Shown piece after piece: positions 1 through 10,900 of a stretch of 64,000 nt of DNA. This DNA is from Lingula anatina (lineage: Eukaryota > Animalia > Brachiopoda), in NCBI GenBank assembly GCA_051362555.1, contig CM120641.1, positions 39,438,401-39,502,400 on the forward strand, in the 5' to 3' direction. The position numbers and the translations under genes were made by a program. A model generated the notes under the pieces. The model saw nothing but the letters and a program-made list of their open reading frames with translations. It did no database searches and was not told the DNA's origin. The number at the start of each line of letters is the position of its first letter. The first letter of the stretch is position 1.

Positions 1-313
1 TATTCTATTCAAACAATATCTACCAATGTCACTGACATGTTTTTATCATATGTGATGTCATATCCCTATTTGTCCAGGAGAACAATGTTCAAAAGTACCC
101 TGTACTTGTCAAAAGTATAGAAACTTTTGAAGCAACAAAAAGCGATTAAACCATATTACACTGGCTATACAATTCACACAATATCTGTCAATGTCGCTGA
201 CATGTTTTTAGCAGATGGGACGTCATATCCCTATTTGTCCAGGAGAACAATGTTCAGAAGCACCCTGTACTTGTCAAGAGTAAAGAAAATTTGAAGCAAC
301 AAAAGGTGATTAA

Positions 314-571
314 GGCTTCATTCACATGCAATGTCTATTTTCTAAATTCTATTTTCTATTCGCGGTATGTCTTATGATCACGGTCTGTGCCCTGAATATC
401 CCACGGCGTAATTACTGGCAGCGCGAGCCAGTTACTATAAGTTACTATAAGTAACTGGCTCGCGCTGCCAGTAATTACGCGGCGGGATATTCAGGGCACA
501 GAGCGTGATCATAAGATACTGCGAATAGAAAATAGATTTTTAGAAAATAGACATTCCATGTGAATGAAGCC
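314..571. mobile_element. Palindromic (foldback) MITE, PIF/Harbinger-Tourist-like
   Basis: Ends are ggcttcattcacatg...catgtgaatgaagcc and the 258 bp is almost entirely self-complementary. It is flanked by TAA at 311-313 and 572-574; uninterrupted monomers read gtgattaaaccata, so TAA is a real target-site duplication. Confidence 0.9.
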
Positions 572-1000
572 TAAACCATATTACACTTGCTATAAAATTC
601 ACACAATATCTGCCAATGTCACTGACATGTTTTTAGCAGATGGCATGTCATATCCCTATTTGTCCAGGAGAACAATGTGCAAAAGCATCCTTTGTTACTT
701 GTCAGTAATAAAGAAACTTTTGAAGCATATCCCTATTTGTCCAGGAGAACAATGTGCAAAAGCATCCTTTGTTACTTGTCAGTAATAAAGAAACTTTTGA
801 AGCAAGAAAAGGCGATTAAACCGTACTACACCGGCTATTCTATGCAAATAATATCTGCCAAAGTGACTGACATGTTTTTATCATATGTGATGTCATATCC
901 CTATTTGTCAAGGAAAACAATGTTCAAAAGCACACTGTGTTACTTGTCAGTAATAAAGACATTTTGTAACCTGATTGTGACAGTATTGCTTATTTTGCAG

Positions 1001-1245
1001 GACTGTTCTACTTTTATAGAAAGAGTCCAAAACAGAAGCGGGAAATGTTGAAAACCATTCAGACGCTGGGGATGACTAGCATTTTGCCAACTAGAGTGGG
1101 GGGCACCCGTTAGTTGCCCCATCTGTGCAAGGCCATAACTGCTTTTTTGAAAGGCTATGAATGCATCTTGAAAACAGTTCCCACACCACACCAAAGGCAG
1201 AGGCGCTTGTAAAGCTCATGAGAAATGCTGCTGTCATGGGTTTAT
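1001..1245 (+). pseudogene. Fragment of a ZNF862-like hAT transposase
   Basis: After the acceptor ttattttgcag it translates as LFYFYRKSPKQKREMLKTIQTLGMTSILPTRVGGTR*LPHLCKAITAFLKGYE, then after a frameshift HLENSSHTTPKAEALVKLM. PTRVGGTRW is typical of ZNF862-like hAT transposases; the Trp codon is TAG at 1111-1113. Confidence 0.75.
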
Positions 1246-1252
1246 TGTCAGT

Positions 1253-1421
1253 CAGGGGCGGATTTAGGCCGTCTTCTGGGTCTTCCGGAAGACGGTCAGA
1301 TTTTCAAGTTTACATTGACGGGTATCTAATTTTTTCTGTCGGAAGACGGTCAAAAAATGGAGGATGGATCAACAAATATAATATGGAAGACTGTCAGAAA
1401 ATATCTCTGGATCCGCCCCTG
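1253..1421. mobile_element. Short MITE with CAGGGGCGGAT terminal inverted repeats (hAT-like)
   Basis: caggggcggat at 1253 and atccgcccctg ending at 1421. tcagt flanks both sides (1248-1252, 1422-1426). The internal motif ggaagacggtca is repeated. Confidence 0.8.
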
Positions 1422-4400
1422 TCAGTAATAAAGAAACTTTTGAAGCAAGAAAAGGCAATTAAACCATACTACACTAGCAATACTATTCAAACAATATCTG
1501 CTAATGTCGCTGACATGTTTTAAGCAGATGGGATGTCATATCCCTATTTGTCCAGGAGAACAATGTTCAAAAGCACCCTGTGTTACTTGTCAGTAATAAA
1601 GAAACCTTTGAAGCAACAAAAGGTGATTAAACCATACTACACTGGCTATTCTATTCACACAATATATACCAATGTCGCTGACAAATTTTTAGCAGATGGG
1701 ATGTCATATCCCTATTTGTCCAGGAGAACAATGTTCAAAAGCACCCTGTACTTCTCAAGAGTAAAGAAACTTTTGAAGGAAGAAAAGGCGATTAAACCAT
1801 ATTACACTGGCTATTCTATTCAAACAATATCTGCCAATGTCGCTGACATGTTTTTAGCAGATGGGATGTCATATTCCTATTTGTCCAGGAGAACAATGTT
1901 CAAAAGCACCCTGTACTTCTCAAGAGTAAAGAAACTTATGAAGGAAGAAAAGGCGATTAAACCATATTACACTGGCTATTCTATTCAAACAATATCTACC
2001 AATGTCGCTGACATGTTTTTAGCAGAGGTGACAAAATATTCCTATTTGTCCCTGTGTTACTTGTCAGTAATAAAGAAACTTTTGAAGACAGAAAAGGCGA
2101 TTAAAACATACTACACTGGCTATTCTATGCAAACAATATCTGCTAATGTCGCTGACATGTTTTAAGCAGATGGGATGTCATATCCCTATTTGTCCAGGAG
2201 AACAATGTTCAAAAGCACCCTGTGTTACTGGTCAGTAATAAAGAAACATTTGAAGACAGAAAAGGCGATTAAACCGTACTACACTGGCTATTCTATGCAA
2301 ACCATATCTGCTAATGTCACTGACATGTTTTTAGCAGATGGGATGTCATATCCCTATTTGTCCAGGAGAACAATGTTCAAAAGCACCCTGTACTTCTCAA
2401 GAGTAAAGAAACTTTTGAAGGAAGAAAAGGCGATTAAACCATATTACACTGGCTATACTATACACACAATATCTGCAAATGTCACTGACATGTTTTTAGC
2501 AGATGGGATGTCATATCCCTATTTGTCCAGGAGAACAATGTTCAAAAGCACCCTGTACTTCTCAAGAGTAAAGAAACTTTTGAAGAAAGAAAAGGCGATT
2601 AAACCATATTACACTGGCTATTCTATTCAAACAATATCTACCAATGTCGCTGACATGTTTTTAGCAGATGGGATGTCATATTCCTATTTGTCCAGGAGAA
2701 CAATGTTCAAAAGCACCTTATGTTACTTGTCAGTAATGAAAAAACTTTTGAAGCAAGAAAAGGCGATTAGACCGTACTACACTGGCTATACTATACACAC
2801 AATATCTGCCAATGTCGCTGACAAATTTTTAGCAGATGGGATGTCATATCCCTATTTGTCCAGGAGAACAATGTTCAAAAGCACCCTGTACTTCTCAAGA
2901 GTAAAGAAACTTTTGAAGGAAGAAAAGGCGATTAAACCATATTACACTGGCTATTCTATTCAAACAATATCTGCCAATGTCGCTGACATGTTTTTAGCAG
3001 AGGTGACAAAATATTCCTATTTGTCCCTGTGTTACTTGTCAGTAATAAAGAAACTTTTGAAGACAGAAAAGGCGATAAAACCATACTACACTGGCTATAC
3101 TATACACACAATATCTGCCAATGTCGCTGACTCGTTTTAAGCAGATGGGATGTCATATTCCTATTTGTCCAGGAGAACAATGTGCAAAAGCACCCTGTAC
3201 TTCTCAAGAGTAAAGAAACTTTTGAAAGAAGAAAAGGTGATTAAACCATACTACACTGGCTATACTATACACACAATATCTGCCAATGTCGCTGACATGT
3301 TTTTAGCAGATGGGATGTCATATCCCTATTTGTCCAGGAGAACAATGTGCAAAAGCACCTTGTGTTACTTGTCAGTAATAAAGAAACTTTTGAAGCAAGA
3401 AAAGGCGATTAGACCGTACTACACTGGCTATACTATACACACAATATCTGCCAATGTCGCTGACAAATTTTTAGCAGATGGGATGTCATATCCCTATTTG
3501 TCCAGGAGAACAATGTTCAAAAGCACCCTGTACTTCTCAAGAGTAAAGAAACTTTTGAAGGAAGAAAAGGCGATTAAACCATATTACACTGGCTATTCTA
3601 TTCAAACAATATCTGCCAATGTCGCTGACATGTTTTTAGCAGATGGGATGTCATATTCCTATTTGTCCAGGAGAACAATGTTCAAAAGCACCCTGTACTT
3701 CTCAAGAGTAAAGAAACTTTTGAAGGAAGAAAAGGCGATTAAACCATATTACACTGGCTATTCTATTCAAACAATATCTGCCAATGTCGCCGACATGTTT
3801 TTAGCAGAGGTGACAAAATATTCCTATTTGTCCCTGTGTTACTTATCAGTAATAAAGAAACTTTTGAAGACAGAAAAGGCGATTAAACCATACTACACTG
3901 GCTATACTATACACACAATATCTGCCAATGTCGCTGACTCGTTTTAAGCAGATGGGATGTCATATTCCTATTTGTCCAGGAGAACAATGTGCAAAAGCAC
4001 CCTGTACTTCTCAAGAGTAAAGAAACTTTTGAAAGAAGAAAAGGCGATTAAACCATACTACACTGGCTATACTATACACACAATATCTGCCAATGTCGCT
4101 GACATGTTTTTAGCAGATGGGATGTCATATCCCTATTTGTCCAGGAGAACAATGTGCAAAAGCACCTTGTGTTACTTGTCAGTAATAAAGAAACTTTTGA
4201 AGCAAGAAAAGGCGATTAGACCGTACTACACTGGCTATACTATACACACAATATCTGCCAATGTCGCTGACAAATTTTTAGCAGATGGGATGTCATATCC
4301 CTATTTGTCCAGGAGAACAATGTTCAAAAGCACCCTGTACTTCTCAAGAGTAAAGAAACTTTTGAAGGAAGAAAAGGCAATTAAACCATATTACACTGGC

Positions 4401-7400
4401 TATTCTATTCAAACAATATCTGCCAATGTCGCTGACATGTTTTTAGCAGATGGGATGTCATATTCCTATTTGTCCAGGAGAACAATGTTCAAAAGCACCC
4501 TGTACTTCTCAAGAGTAAAGAAACTTTTGAAGGAAGAAAAGGCGATTAAACCATATTACACTGGCTATTCTATTCAAACAATATCTGCCAATGTTGCCGA
4601 CATGTTTTTAGCAGAGGTGACAAAATATTCCTATTTGTCCCTGTGTTACTTGTCAGTAATAAAGAAACTTTTGAAGACAGAAAAGGCGATTAAACCATAC
4701 TACACTGGCTATACTATACACACAATATCTGCCAATGTCGCTGACTCGTTTTAAGCAGATGGGATGTCATATTCCTATTTGTCCAGGAGAACAATGTGCA
4801 AAAGCACCCTGTACTTCTCAAGAGTAAAGAAACTTTTGAAAGAAGAAAAGGCGATTAAACCATACTACACTGGCTATACTATACACACAATATCTGCCAA
4901 TGTCGCTGACATGTTTTTAGCAGATGGGATGTCATATCCCTATTTGTCCAGGAGAACAATGTTCAAAAGCACCTTGTGTTACTTGTCAGTAATAAAGAAA
5001 CTTTTGAAGCAAGAAAAGGCGATTAAACCGTACTACACTGGCTATTCTATGCAAACAATATCTGCTAATGTCACTGACATGTTTTTAGCAGATCGGATGT
5101 CATATTCCTATTTGTCCAGGAGAACAGTGTTCAAAAGCACCCTGTGCTCCTCAAGAGTAAAGAAACTTTTGAAGGAAGAAAAGGCGATTAAACCATACTA
5201 CACTGGCTATTCTATGCAAACAATATCTGCCAATGTTGCTGACATGTTTTTAGCAGAGGTGACAAAATATTCCTATTTGTCCCTGTGTTACTTGTCAGTA
5301 ATAAAGAAACATTTTGAAGCAACAAAAGGCAATGAAACCATACTACACTGGCTATTCTATGCAAACAATATCTGCCAATGTCGCTGACATGTTTTAAGCA
5401 GATGGGATATCATATCCCTATTTGTCCAGGAGAACAATGTTCAAAAGCTACTTGTGTTACTTGTCAGTAATAAAGAAACTTTTGAAGCAAGAAAAGGCGA
5501 TTAAACCATATTACACTGGCTATTCTATGCAAACAATATCTGCCAATGTCGCTGACATGTTTTAAGAAGATGGGATGTCAAATCCCTATTTGTCCAGGAG
5601 AACAATGTTCAAAAGCACCTTGTGTTACTTGTCAGTAATAAAGAAACTTTTGAAGCAAGAAAAGGCGATTAAACCATATTACACTGGCTATTCTATGCAA
5701 ACAATATCTGCCAATGTCGCTGACATGTTTTAAGCAGATGGGATGTCATATCCCTATTTGTCCAGGAGAACAATGTTCAAAAGCACCTTGTGTTACTTGT
5801 CAGTAATAAAGAAACCTTTGAAGCAACAAAAGACGATTAAACCATATTACACTGGCTATACAATTCACACAATATCTGCCAATGTCGCTGACATGTTTTT
5901 AGCAGATGGGATGTCAAATCCCTATTTGCCCAGGAGAACAATGTTCAGAAGCACCCTGTGTTACTTGTCAGTAATAAAGAAACTTTTGAAGCAACAAAAG
6001 GCGATAAAACCATACTACACTGGCTATTCTATGCAATAGTATAGTTAGGACTTCTGATTAACAAAAAAAGACCCATTATTCAAGCTTTATTTACTTCAAA
6101 TTTCAAATATTCATTTAGGAATGCACCTTTTATTTTCATTATTAATAATAATTAACCTTATTTAAAAAAGGTAAAACATGTTGAGTTTAAAACCTAAAAT
6201 TGTCTTCACAGCCTTTTAAAGCAACAACAGGCAATTAAACCATGCTATGATAAGATTTATTTGGGTTCAAAGCTGAGTGACTCTGGAAGTATTCTATTTA
6301 CACTTACTTGAATGAAGTCAAAAGTAAAAGATGTGTTGGCATTCATTAGGTGTGTGTGAGAGATATTTTCCAGAGTTTCTCAGCGGAAAGTAAAAAAGCT
6401 ACACATGAAAAATTGATATTTTGACTGGCAAATTGTTATAAATATTGGATAAAAATTGAATACAGACAACCTTTTAATTTTGAACTGAAGAAGGCAGTAG
6501 TGTTGTTCACTGACACCAGCATCACTCGCTGATAACTGGTGGAGTGACCAACCGTTTAATTGTAACTATTAAAAGGAAAGATCCCAGAAAATGAAAAAAA
6601 TATTCACCAAGAGAAACAAGGTGCTATACAGCGGCAAATAGAAAGACTGACAGAGACAGCTTAAAAGACAAATAAAGATCAATTAGTGAGGATGCCAGTG
6701 AGTCAGAAGAAGAAGAAGCTGTTAAAATAAGTACACAACTGACAATGGCTATAAGAAAGCCAGTGGGTGCCAATATCTTTCATATTGATGGTTTACCACA
6801 GCAAAAATTATTAAAATCTGTTCACCTTGCCACTTTCTGACTTTCTGGTTTTCTCATGGACGCACTCTTAACGTCTAGCCCTGCACACTTTCAACAAAAT
6901 GGAGGAGAACACAAAATATGAAGGTTAGTCAGCAGATCTGTAGAACAAAACACGAAAATATTGCAGAAAGAAACAAATCTCTAAAGCAAACTAGAGAACA
7001 TGCACCAAAAAGAAAAACTTTCCTATACATGAAGATTTTTACAAGCTCAGAGAAATGTGGGATCATGTCAAAAAGGGCAAGGTCAGGAAACATATGAGCA
7101 GTTACATGTATTGCCACTGTCCCCATCATAATCACTGCATGAGCCCAACTGAAAATCCAAACAGCTCAAAAAACAAATACCTAACAATAAACAAAACTGT
7201 GGTGTCATTAGGTAAATTTAATGTAGTCACTGGACAAGAGAAAGATATGGTAAAGATGGATTTACCAGCAAATGACAACAATAGAACAGGCAACCATTAT
7301 TCAACCCAATATATCAGAACTAAGAGACCATTCCCAGAGACTGTCGTACTAACTTTGGATCGAACTATCTCCAAGGGGATTCTCACTTAATTGCAATTAA

Positions 7401-7939
7401 CTTGGGCAGCTTAGATGTCTGTCACGCCTGTTGAGGCTGATAGGGGTAATTAACTATCGTTTAGCAGCTTAAGTGGGCATCCCAGACGTCTAAGCTGCTT
7501 GGGCTGAAAGCAATCTAGTGAGGGACCCCATGGAGATGTACTGATCCTCTTAGATCGATCTAGGGATGGGAACCCAGTCCAAGATTTCAGCATATGAACT
7601 TTGTCCAGTTGACCCAGCAGATACGATTACAGATGGATAAGTACTCTTTTTATTAAAACTGGTTGAGGGGAAGACCAAGTTGATGTGTAACTTGGACTAG
7701 TGGTGACATTTTCAACATACAGATTTTCTCTATTTCTCATCAAGTTGCTTTCCATGTTTGACAAAGACTAAGGCATTACTTTGTAAATATACAAAATTTG
7801 ACAATGTATTAATGTCTGCCTTGTAATCTTAAAATAGCAAAAACCAATATGCAATCAAAGATACAAGTGGTTAAAGAACTGAAGAACTTCTTCCACCAGT
7901 TAAAAAAAAGGGTTTGTTAAATGCAATACTCAGCATTTT

Positions 7940-10900
7940 CTATCTAAAACGTCTGAATTGTTCATCACTAAATTTGTAATAATATTGTGTCTTCCAGGGT
8001 TTTTCTGGTTTCTCTATAATTTGCTTGCCTTTTGGAAACATGTACTTTTGCAAAGCTTGAGGTATGCTAATTGTACCAGCCTGGAAATAAATAAAAATTC
8101 AACTCACAACCAGTACAACTTATAAACTCTAAAATAGCACTGAAATAGCATTGCCTTTGAAACCGGTAATCATATTATGTGAAAGAGAAAATGAAGTTCA
8201 GTGATTTCAGGATTTTCATTATTTTAATTTTTTTAACCACATAACAATAGCACCACAACCAGGTAATATCCAATTCATTTACACTTTTGTTACAGATAAT
8301 TTTCTTCCATAAACAGAAAAAATATTACAGTATTGAACTTCTTAAGCTGTGCTCTGACATGTTCTTCCAACAACAGCCTAAAACATATCACCACCCCAAT
8401 GTTTCACTGTCTACAAAAGACACTTACATCAATAGCATTTATTTCAAGTAACATTCATACTGATTAAAATACTATAGCTTTAAAGAATATACCTCATTTT
8501 GACTGTTCTCAACAATGGCCATAATAAGTCTGGGCACAGCACAAGCAGTTCCATTTACCTAGAAGAAAAAATGACAAATTCTAAACAGAAAATACATGAA
8601 CTAGACAATTTGTTTCACCGGTGACGTACAGCAACATACAGCAACACACTTTTTTCACATAATATGTGGTCATACCTACTGTGAAACTAGGAATTGAGAA
8701 GAGTGAACTTGAGTAAAATCTCTGAATAAGCCCCATACTTACAGTGTGCACAAATTTCTCACTACCGTCTCTTGCTCTGTACTTGATGTGAAGCCGTCGG
8801 CTCTGGTAATCAGTGCAGTTGGAGGAACTTGAAATCTATAATGTGACAAAAAATGTAATTCTTCAATTAACTAATTTTAACATATTTTACCTCTAATCCA
8901 AATTGCTGAATTCTTGTAGCTAATTTTATGAAAGAGGACTTTGAAAATTGCCAGTGAATAAATAAATAAAAAGATTCAATTTTGTCTTCCAGCATTTTTT
9001 TCAAGGTAACCTATTGTAATGGAATATATATACATGTGAATTAAATACAATGTGAAGTACATTTTCCAGTTTGTAGCTTTATATACCACACTGTGTCCCT
9101 CACCTCTCCCCAGAACTGCTTCTCTGGCATCCAGGCTTCCATATCATACTTCCTGTAGGCCGGAGCACCAAGCTCTTCTGTAGGCATGTCTAGAATTCTG
9201 TATATTAAGATATTTTAAAATTTTACCTGATACTTGATAAACCTAATATTCCCTCTGCGTGTATGTGTATACATATGTGAGTGTGTGCTAGCTCAGATCT
9301 AAATATTTCAGTCATCTGCCCTAAACTTCATTATATCAAATGCAGCTAGACTACTAAGCATCAACACAACAATATCTTGAACTTACTGAACCAGAGAAAC
9401 AACTACCTAAAATGCAGACCAAGTCCATCATAGAGATCTTCCTGTAGTTCTATAAACTCTTTCAACAATTCTTCACTTTCTGTTCCAGTTTCATCTGCTG
9501 TTACTCCAAACATCTCTACCTGAAATTACAACTCCACAGTCCAAATTGCACTTCTACTGGACATCAAAAAGGTTCCTATAATTTTTATGAAATATCAAGA
9601 AAGACATCTTGCACTTCTAGGTCCAAAATTCTCCCACCTTAAGCAGACAATGAGCCAACGTCGAACCATACTGTCAAGTTATACGAAATGGGGATGTTCT
9701 TAGTAAAACAGAAACACTGTAACTTGATCACGGATTTTGAGGCTCACTGATTGACCAAGTGCCAGTCATGTACAGTCAATTGTTTAAGGGAGCTGACCTC
9801 CCTGCTATCTAGGGTCTTTACGATCACTGCATGAGCCAGATCGCTCATCAATAAGTTAGCAATGTGTCTTAAATATTTTAAAATTATCCTAAAATATTGT
9901 GATCTTGTAATATAGAAGTTATAGACTTCGCTTCTGTCACCTCTCAGGTAGGTTCACCCTCAACTGGGATGATTTTAATATTAACTTAAAACCTCCCCCA
10001 TTACCAATGATCATATAATCACAGGTTCAGGTTGAATCTAGCCAAGAGGTGACCTCAACCAAAACCAGTATAATTGAATAAATGAAGCTGCCACAGTGCA
10101 GTTACCACCCCTAATTTAACATTAAGACTCTGAATCCAGCTCCTGAAAATAATGCCTAGGACATGTCACAACAAAGCAATGATTACCTTTGTGAACTGAT
10201 GTACTCTGTAAATCCCCTTTTCTTCCTCTCTGTTACTTGTTTCTGCCCTGTAGCACCGACTAACTGCACAAACCCTAGAAGGAACAACTTCCAAAACTCA
10301 CAATATATCTTTCCGTCTCCTTGTGGGTGTAACATTCCAATGTGGTATTGTAGCAAGATACCAGTCTTTCAAAATAGAACTTCTATTGATTTACTTTAGT
10401 AATGCAATATGAAATTCTTCCTTCGGGGATGATAAAAAGTCTACCTGTAGTTAGTGAATTCACTCTTACCTTTGTGGTAACTGGTCCAGGTCTAATACCC
10501 TGTTAGCATAAAATCCTGAAATCACATTCATTTTGAAAACATCAGTAAACAAGGCAGCAAAGCTGTCAAATGTACAGACAAAAACAGGAAATAACTATGC
10601 ACAAAATAGGCTACTGTCAATTCTGATGCAAAATTTTAATGATTGAATTTGACAAACTGCAATGATATGAGTTTATTTCCATTTTTTGCAACTTTATTAC
10701 ACAATACACGATAACAAGTTTACCATCATTTTTACATAATCAACTAATAATGTTGTAAAGATGCAGGAAATGCCAAACAAACACTTTTACGTATCTTATT
10801 AATTAAATAATGAAACTGTTAACATGCGTAAGAAATGAATCTGAGGAAATGTGAAAAAACGGCATTTCTTTGAAATAATGGCCCGATTAAGCTGATTTTT

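Larger units (their letters stand above)
1..6039. repeat. Tandem satellite array; monomers of 165, 168 and 144 bp; 807-bp five-monomer higher-order repeat
   Basis: Unit atgtcatatccctatttgtccaggagaacaatg... recurs at 1533, 1701 (+168) and 1866 (+165). Blocks 3150-3956 and 3957-4763 are near-identical (165+168+165+165+144=807). The array is cut by the window start, and a degenerate monomer remnant lies near 6215-6245. Confidence 0.97.

Noticed and set aside
564-6039. Long repetitive ORFs (up to 321 aa) as protein-coding genes
   Set aside because: They are translations of the satellite with recurrent stops, no splice structure and no recognisable domain.
1-6039. CRISPR-like array
   Set aside because: The monomers are contiguous with no unique spacers, there are no cas genes, and the context is eukaryotic.
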